A DNA stretch of 64,000 nt, taken from a virus. Location: positions 1 through 64,000 of IMG/VR virus record IMGVR_UViG_3300042458_002038; one strand, given 5' to 3'. Position 1 is the stretch's first letter; each line of letters starts with the position of its first letter. This document shows positions 7,602-17,690 of this stretch, piece after piece. The position numbers were made by a program, and so were the translations under genes. Below the pieces are notes generated by a model. It had not been told where the DNA came from. It saw only the letters and a list, made by a program, of their open reading frames with translations, and ran no database searches.

Positions 7602-8219
7602 TTATTCGATTTTTTTGGTCTGTCCAGCCTTTTTAGCTTTTTTCTCCATCAGCTTGCCGCGCTTTTCAAGGCGCTCAAGAACTTGATTTGCATCCAGCCA
7701 AATATCTTTGTCATTTGTCATGTCAACAATTTCCTCAGGCGTAAGGAAGTCGGTATACATATCTTGAAACAATCCAGTACTCCATTTGCGCTCATGCACC
7801 ATACCATGATACATTTCACCACCTTTGCCAACTGTTCCAGCACTATAGTTATGAAACAAGAACATGCTGTGATTGGTAATCATATATTCATCGGCCACCA
7901 AAAAGATAAGTGTTGCTGCGCTCATGCATGCACCTTCAACACTTACAATGATATGTGCTTCAGTTTCCTGTAATGCCTGAAGGAATTGAATGGTTGTAAA
8001 TAAGTTTCCTCCTGGGCAATTGATGTGAATCTTGATTGCATCAGTTTCACGACAGTTGCGAATCTCATGGAACCAACTGATATATTCACTGGGTGGTCCA
8101 ATTTCATCGCTCAGGTAATACTCACGTACACATCCATAATCGCTTGAGAAACTGTCTGGTGGTCCACTTGTTAGCAGATCAAGCAGGCCTTTGTTGTTTT
8201 TAGTTTTTGTATTATCCAT
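7602..8219 (-). CDS. ClpP-like (S14) serine protease
   Basis: HINCPGG, GACMSAAT (catalytic Ser), FLFH, DIWLDA motifs. Confidence 0.85.
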   Translation of the reverse strand: MDNTKTKNNKGLLDLLTSGPPDSFSSDYGCVREYYLSDEIGPPSEYISWFHEIRNCRETDAIKIHINCPGGNLFTTIQFLQALQETEAHIIVSVEGACMSAATLIFLVADEYMITNHSMFLFHNYSAGTVGKGGEMYHGMVHERKWSTGLFQDMYTDFLTPEEIVDMTNDKDIWLDANQVLERLEKRGKLMEKKAKKAGQTKKIE

Positions 8220-8311
8220 GTCCGAATAGTTTTTTGGTATTGTATTCTTTAATTACTTTCTTATCAAACATAATTGCATATACTGAATCTTGAATTTTTA
8301 TAAATACAATT

Positions 8312-9082
8312 ATGAGCCCTCTAATAATCTATATATATGTAAAACAACATTCCGTTACAGGTTTAAAGTATTTTGGCAAATGCACAACACGCGATCCGTT
8401 AACATATTTAGGATCTGGTAAGTATTGGTTAAGGCATATTAAAAAACACGGAACTCAATTTGTAGTCACGTTAAATGTATGGGAATTTGAAATAGCTGAT
8501 GAAGCTACAAAATTTGCATTAGAATATTCTAATGCAAACGATATAGTTAAATCTGAAGAATGGGCAAATTTAATAGAGGAAAACGCATTAGACGGATCAC
8601 CACTTGGAGTAAAGCGCTCAGGAGAAACTAAACAAAAAATAACTAATGCTTTGTTAGCTAGAAGTGATGAAGTTAAAGAACGTATAAAACTCTCAAATAC
8701 TGGTAAAAAAAGAAGTGATATAGTTAAAGAACAAATAAGAATTAGAAGTACTGGAAGATTGCATACCCAAGAAGCTAAAGATAAAGTATCTCGTAAATTA
8801 AAAGAAGCATGGGCTAATAATCCACGCGAAATTTCAGAAGAAACTAAAATGAAAATTTCTATAGCTGGTACTGGAAGATTGCATACGCAAGAAGCTAAAG
8901 ATAAAATTGGAATTGCTCACAAAGATAAAAATGTAAGTGATGAAACAAAACTTAAACAAAGCGAAAAAGCTAAAACTCGTTTATTAACGTGTGATTGTTG
9001 TGGAATTACATTAAATGCTGTTACCATAAGAAGATGGCATAATTCAAAATGTAAATATCATAATTTAAGTATGGCCAAATAA
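8312..9082 (+). CDS. GIY-YIG (Seg-like) homing endonuclease with NUMOD3 repeats
   Basis: YIY..GLKYFGK..YLGSG; repeated TGRLHTQEAKDK; C-terminal CxxC..RWH..C; late promoter at 8299-8306. Confidence 0.88.
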   Translation: MSPLIIYIYVKQHSVTGLKYFGKCTTRDPLTYLGSGKYWLRHIKKHGTQFVVTLNVWEFEIADEATKFALEYSNANDIVKSEEWANLIEENALDGSPLGVKRSGETKQKITNALLARSDEVKERIKLSNTGKKRSDIVKEQIRIRSTGRLHTQEAKDKVSRKLKEAWANNPREISEETKMKISIAGTGRLHTQEAKDKIGIAHKDKNVSDETKLKQSEKAKTRLLTCDCCGITLNAVTIRRWHNSKCKYHNLSMAK

Positions 9083-9763
9083 TTTAGTTCGATTATAATA
9101 CTTTATTGATTCGATTACCTTTGGTAACCAGCCATAAGTTTTTTCTTTAAAAACAATAGGAACCGGATTATCATCTATAGCCATAATAATCACGCTTTGC
9201 GTAACTGGTATATCGGTTCTTTCATAAAAGGCGGCGGCATAAAAGGCAGCTTGTATGAAGTAGTTGCTAATCTCTTCTCGAGTTTTAACGCGCTTACTGG
9301 TTTTAAAATCAATGACACTAAGTTTTCCTTCATATTCTGCAACGAGATCAACTCTTCCAGCAATTCCAAGATGATCACTATATAGCGGTCGTTCCTGCAT
9401 TACAACGCGTCCTATGTTGTTGTCAAGGATTGGTTGAATACTACGGAATAATGCTACAACATGAGGCATCTCATCCTTTTTGTATATATCAGGTTCGTTA
9501 TTAAGATACTTTTCAGCAATGGTGTGTAGCGCTGTTCCTCGAGCACAGGCGTGACGAGTGACGCGATTAGCTTCTTCTTCACCAACACGGCGGCGCCATT
9601 CATAGATAGCTTCTTTGCCGCGAACGCTCAATACAGTTGTAATACTAGGATACTTCTTTCCTTGAGGCGTAACATATAGTCGAGTGCCTGGGACGCTAGC
9701 ATCGCCCAGCTCGTTATAACCTAGATCTACAGGATCATGAACAAAAGTTTTGCGTTCATTCAT
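9065..9763 (-). CDS. PD-(D/E)XK exonuclease (T4-like exonuclease A)
   Basis: YPSITTVL, RGT.LH, AGRVDLV, IDFKTS, YFIQ..AY motifs. Confidence 0.85.
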   Translation of the reverse strand: MNERKTFVHDPVDLGYNELGDASVPGTRLYVTPQGKKYPSITTVLSVRGKEAIYEWRRRVGEEEANRVTRHACARGTALHTIAEKYLNNEPDIYKKDEMPHVVALFRSIQPILDNNIGRVVMQERPLYSDHLGIAGRVDLVAEYEGKLSVIDFKTSKRVKTREEISNYFIQAAFYAAAFYERTDIPVTQSVIIMAIDDNPVPIVFKEKTYGWLPKVIESIKYYNRTKLFGHT

Positions 9764-9924
9764 AATGTACCCCAATCAATAAAGATACCCCTTTCAACGC
9801 TTTTGTCTTTGCGACTATCGGAGTGTTTACTCTTTTTGAGTTTTTTATTTCCAGCATTATAGTCGTCATCATAATATGATTGTTTGCGACCATTAGACCC
9901 TTTGCTTTTGCGACTCTTTCCCAT
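9760..9924 (-). CDS. small basic hypothetical protein (54 aa)
   Basis: MGKSRKSK... fills the gap; stop overlaps the exonuclease ATG. Confidence 0.55.
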   Translation of the reverse strand: MGKSRKSKGSNGRKQSYYDDDYNAGNKKLKKSKHSDSRKDKSVERGIFIDWGTL

Positions 9925-9929
9925 ACTCT

Positions 9930-10202
9930 TTATCGGGTTTCCATATTTTTCTTTGCGTATCGGCCATTTGCCTTTTGAATCTTTTTCAGCACATCATTCC
10001 ATCCACTACCAGCGCGTTGTAATACTGTTTGAGCGCCCTCATATGAAATGCGCGGCGCGCTGCTAATGATGCGTTTGATTACTCCTTCACCTTCAGCTGC
10101 ACATGCTACACAATGCTGTGTTAGTGGAACATCTCGGTCAGCCATACTCAGACTTGCGTCCCATTCATGCTCACATGATGTACATTTAAATGTATAGGTC
10201 AT
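9930..10202 (-). CDS. FmdB-like zinc-ribbon protein
   Basis: MTYTFKCTSCEH...CVAC..KRIISSAP. Confidence 0.75.
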   Translation of the reverse strand: MTYTFKCTSCEHEWDASLSMADRDVPLTQHCVACAAEGEGVIKRIISSAPRISYEGAQTVLQRAGSGWNDVLKKIQKANGRYAKKNMETR

Positions 10203-10645
10203 GCTGTTGGTGGAAGCAGATTTGGAAATGCTTGCTTAACTAAACTAACAGTAAGCAATGGATACAATTCACTAAGCTTTTGATCTTTAACCGCAATTAT
10301 AATTTCTGCATCTTTGACATGACTATTCTCAAGCAATTTGATAAACAGCATTTCTTTTTTTAAGCGCGGCAAATTAGGATTGCTAATTAGCAGCCTCCGC
10401 AGTATATCAATCTGCTTCTTAAGAGGAGTTGGTTGCAATCCAGCAGGGCTTTCATCAGCCTTAAATGGAGGAGCTCCTTCAGGAAGATCAAACTTAACTC
10501 CTGGGATAAATGCCAATTGCAACAGCAACTCAATTACATAGCTGTTATTGTTTTTTAGAGTATCAATTCTCTCGTTGAGCTTTGTGGTTTTTTCAAGCAG
10601 CTCAAATACCTCATGCGGTAACTTTTCATGCATTCTTCTAATCAT
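10199..10645 (-). CDS. conserved T4-like hypothetical protein
   Basis: LPEGAPPF, KKEMLFIKLLE..H..DAE, V..AFP pattern typical of the gene next to rnh. Confidence 0.7.
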   Translation of the reverse strand: MIRRMHEKLPHEVFELLEKTTKLNERIDTLKNNNSYVIELLLQLAFIPGVKFDLPEGAPPFKADESPAGLQPTPLKKQIDILRRLLISNPNLPRLKKEMLFIKLLENSHVKDAEIIIAVKDQKLSELYPLLTVSLVKQAFPNLLPPTA

Positions 10646-10649
10646 ATGT

Positions 10650-11516
10650 TTATTTGGTGAAAAATTCTGATGCACTGCTAATAAGCATATTGCAACGTTT
10701 AGATATCAGATAGTTAAGAACCTTACTATTGTTTTTAACTGGAGCTGAGTTGTATTCTGTAAGGATAGCATCACGCACTTCCGCAGGCACTCGCTCAAGA
10801 TCAATCACGGTACGGTTACGAATATAATTGCGGTAAGTTTCCTCAGGCATAACATTTTGCAGCTTGCCAGCTTTATCAGCTGAGATCCATTCATCAATTT
10901 TAGTTGCACGCAATGCGGTTTGACGAATGCTATCAGTAAATGTATTGTCGGGACTAAGAACATTTGGTACGCCATCACCGCTATCACCTTTGAGAACATG
11001 CTCCATCAGATAACGTGCAGGATTTTTATCGCTAATAAGCTTCTTGGTCATTGGACTCCATTGTGCGACATTATCATATCGCTGCAATTGAATAAAGTCT
11101 TTGTCGGCACTAATAATCATGACTGGCTCATAGTTGCCAAATTCTTGAGTGGTTTCTACGAGTGCAGCAATAACATCGTCAGCTTCTGCCTTATCAGTTT
11201 GTACTACAGTGTATGGCAAATGCTCGACAATTTCAGCTTTGACATTATTGAGAATGCGGAAGATTTCCTTCCAGTCCATGCTGCTTTCTTCGCGATTCTT
11301 ACGGCGTGCTGCTTTATATTGTGGATAGTAATCTTTGCGCCAGCTGCCGCCGTCGCAGGCAATAACCATCTTACCATACTTATCACGGTACTTGAGGTTA
11401 TACATGCGCAGGCTATTTAGAATAATATGTCGAAGAAAGTCTTCTTCAATTTTATTGCTCTTTGCTTGGCTAAAGACACTTGAAATGGCGATTCCGCTAT
11501 AGTCGATTATAATCAT
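10650..11516 (-). CDS. rnh: RNase H / 5'-3' exonuclease
   Basis: IIDYS, SWRKDYYPQYKAAR, EADDVIA, SADKDFIQL, GDSGDGVPN. Confidence 0.93.
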   Translation of the reverse strand: MIIIDYSGIAISSVFSQAKSNKIEEDFLRHIILNSLRMYNLKYRDKYGKMVIACDGGSWRKDYYPQYKAARRKNREESSMDWKEIFRILNNVKAEIVEHLPYTVVQTDKAEADDVIAALVETTQEFGNYEPVMIISADKDFIQLQRYDNVAQWSPMTKKLISDKNPARYLMEHVLKGDSGDGVPNVLSPDNTFTDSIRQTALRATKIDEWISADKAGKLQNVMPEETYRNYIRNRTVIDLERVPAEVRDAILTEYNSAPVKNNSKVLNYLISKRCNMLISSASEFFTK

Positions 11517-11564
11517 TTTGATTTGGTTGTATGTAATTATAATCTAAAAACGAAAGAATGTAAA

Positions 11565-11996
11565 CTACTTTTTCCACAGATTTTTTATATGTTTCGAATG
11601 AATGCGGCAGCCGATAAAAGCATTATAGTAATCGTCACTTAGGAGCACTTCTCGGTCAAAATGGTACTTTGCTTCAATGTATGACAGCTCGCCTTTTGCT
11701 TTACCAAACGCAAGTATCTCTCTTGAGAAGGTGTCCTCCCGTTCTTCAACCAGCTGCTTAACGAGTTCGCTACTTCCATAATATGTTTGCCAATCGCTGT
11801 GTACTATTTTTTTGCGCTTGCGCTTTGTTCCTTTAAGTGGAGGTAATTTTTTGGTTGTGGTTAATAGCTTTTTACCAATGTATTTTTTACCATTGGTATT
11901 GTCGGTTACTTCATATATGAATCCAATGTAACCTTCAGCTATCTTTTCAACCGCGTGTGTAACACTAAATACTTCTCCATCGTAATACCATTCCAT
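11565..11996 (-). CDS. GIY-YIG nuclease
   Basis: GFIY..N..KKYIGKK, YYGSS, FSREIL, YYN. Confidence 0.8.
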   Translation of the reverse strand: MEWYYDGEVFSVTHAVEKIAEGYIGFIYEVTDNTNGKKYIGKKLLTTTKKLPPLKGTKRKRKKIVHSDWQTYYGSSELVKQLVEEREDTFSREILAFGKAKGELSYIEAKYHFDREVLLSDDYYNAFIGCRIHSKHIKNLWKK

Positions 11997-12006
11997 GTAT
12001 TATATA

Positions 12007-12219
12007 TCAAAGCAATTCATCATCGCTGGCGTCAACCTCTCCATTATAATCACGATGAATACCACAGAAAGGGCAATACTCAGGATACAGCTCTTCTGAT
12101 TCGTCAAATTCTTCTAACTCATCTTCATCTTGAATATCATTATAGTATTCGCTGTTATCATCGTCCCAAATGATTTCATACACATGTTTGCAACTAGGGC
12201 ATTTGTTTGTTTCAATCAT
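12007..12219 (-). CDS. small acidic zinc-binding protein
   Basis: CPSC...CPFCG. Confidence 0.65.
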   Translation of the reverse strand: MIETNKCPSCKHVYEIIWDDDNSEYYNDIQDEDELEEFDESEELYPEYCPFCGIHRDYNGEVDASDDELL

Positions 12220-12394
12220 TATCTTTTAGTTCTTCTTTGCGTTGATGGTAAGCTAATATTGGAATGATTGGCCATGTGCATAAAAACACAACGGATGTAA
12301 TCAATAATATGATTACCAATAGTGGAACACTAAACAGCGTTCCAACTGCATACCAGAATGGTGAAAGATTATCGGATGGTGATTTTTCGGTCAT
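12212..12394 (-). CDS. small membrane protein
   Basis: Hydrophobic segment; overlaps neighbours. Confidence 0.6.
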   Translation of the reverse strand: MTEKSPSDNLSPFWYAVGTLFSVPLLVIILLITSVVFLCTWPIIPILAYHQRKEELKDND

Positions 12395-14055
12395 TATGCT
12401 TCACAGGTTGAACATGTCATGATACTGCGCGCCAACTCTTGAGCAGGATTTGCGCTACGTTGATAATACAATCCTTTGACTCCACTTTCCCATGCAAAAA
12501 TCATTAGTTCGTTTACTTCTTTTGGTTTGGCATTAGGCGCAATCATTAGATTGAGACTTTGCCCTTGATCTATATATCGTTGTCTTTGAGCGGCCTGTAT
12601 AACAATTTCCTTTTGAGCAATTTCACCAAAGGTTTTATATACTGCTTTTTCTTCATCCGTTAGTGTTGTTAGATGTTGAATACTTCCGCCATGAATAAGA
12701 ATATCACGCCAAGTTTCGCTGTTGTCCAAACCTTTACTCTTAAGCAACTTTGTTAGGTATGGATTCTTATATGTAAATTTACCCTTTGCAAGATCCTTAA
12801 CAAAATAGTTACTGTTAAGAGGTTCAATGCTTGGGCTTACTTGGCCTAGAATAAATGATGAACTTGTGGTTGGTGCAATTGCAATGGTTGTTGCGTTGCG
12901 TCGGCCATAGCCAGTTAGCAATTCAGGTTCGCCATACAAGGCCGCAAGTTGCTCTGTAGCAGAGTCACACTTTTCGCGCAGCGTCTTAAAGATACCAATA
13001 TTTTCCATCTTGGCTTCCATACTTTCAAATGGCAAGGCTTTACTTTGCAGGTAACTGTGCCAGCCAAGAACACCTACACCCAATGCGCGCTGATTGATTG
13101 CAAAACGACGCGGAGCATCCATATGCGCCATTCCTTCGGTCTTGTCAATAAATTCAGTCATAACACTATCAAGGAAATATACCAATGTTTCAATTGCGTC
13201 AGTATCTTTTAGGTCATCCCAACGCTCAAGGTTGATGGAAGATAGGTTACACACAAAGCTTTCATCTTTACTTGTGCTTAGGTAAATTTCATTGCAAAGG
13301 TTGCTAGCAAAAATTGTTTTACCTTTGTCCTTGTATACTTGAGGCGCGCCATTGTTTGCGGTATCACTAAAGAACAGGTATGGATAACCACTTTCAAAAC
13401 GCTTCTTGATGACTAATCCCCATGTCTTGCGTGCATCTTTATCACCATCAATCATGCGCTTCATCCATGCGTCACTAACCGTAACGCCAATACTCATGTC
13501 CTGAATGGTGTGGCCTTCTCCTTTGATTTTTAAGAATTCTTCAATGTCAGGATGGTCAATTGGCAGGTATGCCGCAAAGCTGCCACGACGAACATTACCT
13601 TGAGATACCACACTCATCAGTTTGTCATAAAGCTCCATGAAGTGAACCGCGCCGGTGCTTGTTCCACCAGTACTAATAGGAGTGCCGCGGCCGCGCAATG
13701 CTCCAAAGTATGCACTAGTACCTCCTCCATTTTTTGTCATCATTGTGATTTCAGAGATTTTATAACCAGCAATCTCTTCAAGGGTATCATCAATGTATGT
13801 ACCAAAACAACTGATAGGCAATCCACGCTCACGACCACTATTACTCCAAATTGGGCTGCTTAGTGAATAGAATCCTTTGTGTAGATAGCTTTCAAACTTG
13901 TCAGCAAATCCAGAGATTCCTAATCGTGTTTCAGCCGCAACAGCAATATCACGCATGCGGCTTTCCGCAGTTTCTCCAGCTTCCTCAAGTACATAGCCTC
14001 TGCTTAGGAACTTGCGGCTATCTTTATTCAACCAATAAATGTCTTCTTTACTCAT
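12394..14055 (-). CDS. nrdA: ribonucleotide reductase class I alpha subunit (no ATP cone)
   Basis: PISCF, SNLCNEI, VCNLSS, APTTSSS, GLYY, C-terminal CxxC. Confidence 0.95.
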   Translation of the reverse strand: MSKEDIYWLNKDSRKFLSRGYVLEEAGETAESRMRDIAVAAETRLGISGFADKFESYLHKGFYSLSSPIWSNSGRERGLPISCFGTYIDDTLEEIAGYKISEITMMTKNGGGTSAYFGALRGRGTPISTGGTSTGAVHFMELYDKLMSVVSQGNVRRGSFAAYLPIDHPDIEEFLKIKGEGHTIQDMSIGVTVSDAWMKRMIDGDKDARKTWGLVIKKRFESGYPYLFFSDTANNGAPQVYKDKGKTIFASNLCNEIYLSTSKDESFVCNLSSINLERWDDLKDTDAIETLVYFLDSVMTEFIDKTEGMAHMDAPRRFAINQRALGVGVLGWHSYLQSKALPFESMEAKMENIGIFKTLREKCDSATEQLAALYGEPELLTGYGRRNATTIAIAPTTSSSFILGQVSPSIEPLNSNYFVKDLAKGKFTYKNPYLTKLLKSKGLDNSETWRDILIHGGSIQHLTTLTDEEKAVYKTFGEIAQKEIVIQAAQRQRYIDQGQSLNLMIAPNAKPKEVNELMIFAWESGVKGLYYQRSANPAQELARSIMTCSTCEA

Positions 14056-14070
14056 AATCTAAAGTATATA

Positions 14071-15063
14071 TTAGAACAAGTCATCCTCGCCAAAGCTTTG
14101 ATTTTTCTTGCTATATTCAACTGGGCGGCTTGCAAAAAAGTCAGTCATGTTGTTGCCATGAAGCTGTTCGTCAAACCACATTGTCTCAGCAATCAATGCT
14201 TCATCAATATCAAATGGTTTGCGGAATCCAATTTGGGTCATGCTTTCATTGATACGATTCTTGATAAACTCTTTAAGAATTGGTGCGCTCAAGCCTGTTT
14301 CATTGATGCCGTTAATCATCCAATCCACAATCTTGCTTTCTGCTTTATATGCTTCATGTGCAGCAGCAATAATACGCTCTTCCAACTCATCATCAAACAT
14401 ATCAGGCAATTCCTTCCTCATAGTATTGATAATTTGAACACCAACCAACGCATGAATGTTTTCTTCATTGCGCGTATACTTAACTTGTTGATCAGCATGC
14501 GGCAATACATTTTCAAAAGTCTTAAACCAATTGATAATATAAAATTGGCTAAACAAGCTAACGTTCTCAACAAACAGTGTAAAGAGCGTTAATGCATACA
14601 AGTATTGTTTGTTGCTGTCCTTATAAAAGCGGTGTGTATACTTCTTTAGATATTTAACACGCCCTTGAATCCATTCCAATTTAAGATTCTCTTCAAATAC
14701 ATCTTCCATATCCAATACACTAATCAAACGCTCATATGCGTTGTTGTGAATCACTTCAGTATTAGCCATAACAAAACCTAAGTCCTGCAGCGATGGATGC
14801 GGCAAGTTATCGCCAAGCTTTGCCCAAAAGGTTTTTACAGCAACCTCAATTTGACCAATTGCGCTTAATGTACGTATAACAATTTCGCGACGGCGATCAT
14901 CAAGAACTGTTTTAAAGTCATGTACATCCGGCTGAAAACTAAATTCTTTGTCAGTCCAAAATCCATCATGCATTGCTTGAATGAATTGTTCGGTCCATGG
15001 GTATCTGTTTGGTTTGCGCGAGACTTGCTCGTCAAAGATTGTGGTTGCAGTAGTGTTATTCAT
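14071..15063 (-). CDS. nrdB: ribonucleotide reductase class I beta subunit (Id-like)
   Basis: QIEVAVK, EVIHNNAY, VENVSLF, EENIH, DFF..RPVEY. Confidence 0.95.
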   Translation of the reverse strand: MNNTTATTIFDEQVSRKPNRYPWTEQFIQAMHDGFWTDKEFSFQPDVHDFKTVLDDRRREIVIRTLSAIGQIEVAVKTFWAKLGDNLPHPSLQDLGFVMANTEVIHNNAYERLISVLDMEDVFEENLKLEWIQGRVKYLKKYTHRFYKDSNKQYLYALTLFTLFVENVSLFSQFYIINWFKTFENVLPHADQQVKYTRNEENIHALVGVQIINTMRKELPDMFDDELEERIIAAAHEAYKAESKIVDWMINGINETGLSAPILKEFIKNRINESMTQIGFRKPFDIDEALIAETMWFDEQLHGNNMTDFFASRPVEYSKKNQSFGEDDLF

Positions 15064-15123
15064 TTGTTTAAAGAAAGTTTAGTAAAAAAATAGGCTACAG
15101 TGAAGTAGCCCGCTTCTATAGAA

Positions 15124-15152
15124 ATTATATATCAAATTTCTACATATGTAAA
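15124..15152 (-). promoter_or_regulatory. sigma70-type promoter of nrdB/nrdA
   Basis: TTTACA-N17-TATAAT. Confidence 0.7.
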
Positions 15153-15167
15153 TCTTTATTTTGCAGT

Positions 15168-15689
15168 TTATGCGCCTTTAGTCTCGACGTACTTCTTGAG
15201 CTTAACATAATACTCAGGATCCTCAGCTAAATGATGTTTAGCTATTATGGTAGCAATTTCTGTATGCGGTGTATGTTCTGACTCTACACTTATACCCGCT
15301 TTTAATTGAGTTGGGTCATAGTCAATTTGAGTGTCAACCGGTTTAAAGAATCCCTCATAGTTTGCTATTTTTGTGTCGGCTTCATTAAGCGCACGACGAC
15401 GTATGCTGCGCATTGCACCAGTATCTCCATTGCGCAGTATGATGGTATGATCACGATTTTTCATTGCATAATCGTAAATTGCTTTTTCAGCGTCATCTTG
15501 CAGATTTAAGTATTTGCTCCAGCGCTCAAACCGATTGCGACCAGTTTCAAACTTGCGAAATGTATCGCTATTAACATCAAACTGCATAAACTTTTTGCGA
15601 CGAATCATGCTGTCGCTGTTGTCATGAGGGCGATTACCAGTTGCTGGCAATGCTACATTTGCGGTGGTGGTATCTTCTTTAGCGTTCAT
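15168..15689 (-). CDS. hypothetical protein with C-terminal G..VE.EHT..HL.EDP.YY..L domain
   Basis: Recognisable viral domain after an LNE site. Confidence 0.65.
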   Translation of the reverse strand: MNAKEDTTTANVALPATGNRPHDNSDSMIRRKKFMQFDVNSDTFRKFETGRNRFERWSKYLNLQDDAEKAIYDYAMKNRDHTIILRNGDTGAMRSIRRRALNEADTKIANYEGFFKPVDTQIDYDPTQLKAGISVESEHTPHTEIATIIAKHHLAEDPEYYVKLKKYVETKGA

Positions 15690-16270
15690 CTTTTAAGGTC
15701 GTGCGGTGTTACAAATAGGGTCTGTTTGGTTTTTACATGGCATACTTCATAAACGGGCACACCTAAAATTGATCCAACCGCAACCGCGTTTTCTTTTACA
15801 ACCACTTGGGTATTTATAATTTGAAGTTCTTCACCTGTGCTTGGGAATGCAATGTTTCTTGCAAGTGAATATACACCGCCTTGCAGCGTAGAGTCCTCAT
15901 TGATATACCATGTGCTTTCAATGAGGCTATTCATGTCAATGTCAACGCCAGTAACTTCATGCAATATACTGTGCATTCTTTTGTCGCTGATACCTGTATG
16001 TTCTTTAATAAGCCACAGCGCAGCAAGATAGCTAGCTACGGTTGTTTTACCAAATGGAATCTTATTGAGCAGTCGCTTTATGCGAAATACCAATCTGTGA
16101 AAGATGTTGTATTTACTGCGTTCGCTCATGTCGATTGGCTTACGCAATACCTTTCCTTCGGCATCAACTATACCCAGTTTGTAAGCACCTGTTTTTTCCC
16201 AAGGAGTAGTAAGCAGTCGCAGGAAACGAAATGCAAAGTATGTGTCTGTAGCAGTTGAAAAGAATCCCAT
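15686..16270 (-). CDS. conserved T4-like hypothetical (probable virion) protein
   Basis: FRFLRLLTTPW..AYKLGIVD..G, FHRLVF.IKRLL. Confidence 0.7.
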   Translation of the reverse strand: MGFFSTATDTYFAFRFLRLLTTPWEKTGAYKLGIVDAEGKVLRKPIDMSERSKYNIFHRLVFRIKRLLNKIPFGKTTVASYLAALWLIKEHTGISDKRMHSILHEVTGVDIDMNSLIESTWYINEDSTLQGGVYSLARNIAFPSTGEELQIINTQVVVKENAVAVGSILGVPVYEVCHVKTKQTLFVTPHDLKR

Positions 16271-16277
16271 AATGTAT

Positions 16278-16646
16278 TTATAATTTTTGAAGTACTCGTG
16301 CAACCCGCAAGTCAATAGGTATGTTAAGATATTCTCCTTCAGGAATATAGTTAAGATAGAGCAAAAAAGTTTTTAATGCGGGCCAATGTGTTTCTTTGAT
16401 TTTAAAAAAGCACATGCGCGTTGCTGCAGAGATGTTAAACACGTTGTGCATAATGATCAAATGATTTAAAATCAGTCGTTCCTGAAGTATACTTTTTTCT
16501 TGGTATTTCTTTAAAAGCTTTTTGATATATTTAAGACGATTAAGGTCCTCATGAAATTCTTTTACATCAAGGCAGCGTGGATTGTTATAATTGGTAGCTG
16601 CATACAGTAGAAAATTCTTTTCTGTCAAGTCATGCGTACGTTTCAT
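16278..16646 (-). CDS. conserved T4-like hypothetical protein
   Basis: LTE.NFLLYA...Y.NP.C...EF.EDL.R.KYIK, RLILNHLI. Confidence 0.75.
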   Translation of the reverse strand: MKRTHDLTEKNFLLYAATNYNNPRCLDVKEFHEDLNRLKYIKKLLKKYQEKSILQERLILNHLIIMHNVFNISAATRMCFFKIKETHWPALKTFLLYLNYIPEGEYLNIPIDLRVARVLQKL

Positions 16647-17355
16647 ATTCAAATGTATAACCAAATTTATTTATGACTTCTTTAGCATGATCATATACCA
16701 AATCACGCAATGATTTTGAATAGTATTCACAATAGTCATCCTTTGTAGTAGTATTTATTGGCAACATATTGTTAAGTTGGTACTTTACCTGTGGTGTCAT
16801 ATCTCCTACAGCTGTTATAAATGCTGACAAGTCATCTTTTAATGTTTCGGTTTTACCAATTACTGTTGCATGTTGTAAATAAAGGTTACAAACGTGTGTA
16901 TAATAATCATATTGATTATTTAACCATTCACGAGCAATAGGCTTATATGTATTCTTTAATCTTTTTTGCAATTCCCAATCATCCGAATCAACAAAATAAT
17001 TTTGCATCATTACAATGCGGTTGTTTTTAATAAGGTCATGCTTAAATTGATGTGATGGCGACAATAGAGTTTTTAAGAATGTTTCAAATGATACAGTCTT
17101 AACACCAAATGTCATCATAATGCTTTGCGGCCAAATTGGCATTTCCATTTCTGAACCGTATATACAAAACTTATAAAGAGAAACATACCATGCCCAAGGA
17201 TTTCTTACTGCTGCAAAGCAATGAGTATATTCTTTTGGCATCCAATCCAAATTGCAATCATGGCCTTCTGTTATAATGCTGCTTAATACAGAATCCATCC
17301 ATGTTCCGCCGGTTTTAGGCACATGCAAGTATACTGCATTTTTAGTTATATACAT
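16630..17355 (-). CDS. sulfotransferase-family protein
   Basis: 5'-PSB YLHVPKTGGT, 3'-PB VRNPWAWYVSLY, C-terminal YY...V...FGY. Confidence 0.75.
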   Translation of the reverse strand: MYITKNAVYLHVPKTGGTWMDSVLSSIITEGHDCNLDWMPKEYTHCFAAVRNPWAWYVSLYKFCIYGSEMEMPIWPQSIMMTFGVKTVSFETFLKTLLSPSHQFKHDLIKNNRIVMMQNYFVDSDDWELQKRLKNTYKPIAREWLNNQYDYYTHVCNLYLQHATVIGKTETLKDDLSAFITAVGDMTPQVKYQLNNMLPINTTTKDDYCEYYSKSLRDLVYDHAKEVINKFGYTFEYETYA

Positions 17356-17690
17356 TATTTTTTAAGCAAGTCGCTAACACTCTTGCCTGCTTCCCAGAAT
17401 CTGCAGCTCCAATAGTTAGCTTTCCACTTTGGGCCGGGATCTGTATCACATCCATGGCGTGCACGATAACTTTTTAGACGTGCTGGGTCGTCTCGTTTGA
17501 TTTCCATATTAGGATCGCCAAAACCAAGTTTGATTACATTACCTTTTTCATTTTTGACATATACATAAAACTTATGTTTATCGTCATCGCTGCGAAATGG
17601 CTTGTTGAGTGTTACTTCTCGCCCATCATATTCGGCCGCTTCAAACAGCGTAAATGTTGGAGTCTCCAGGATTTGTTGTAATGTCTTCAT
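17355..17690 (-). CDS. conserved hypothetical late protein
   Basis: FGDPNM..DDPARLKSYRARHGC..YWSC; MKTLQQILE leader. Confidence 0.7.
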   Translation of the reverse strand: MKTLQQILETPTFTLFEAAEYDGREVTLNKPFRSDDDKHKFYVYVKNEKGNVIKLGFGDPNMEIKRDDPARLKSYRARHGCDTDPGPKWKANYWSCRFWEAGKSVSDLLKK

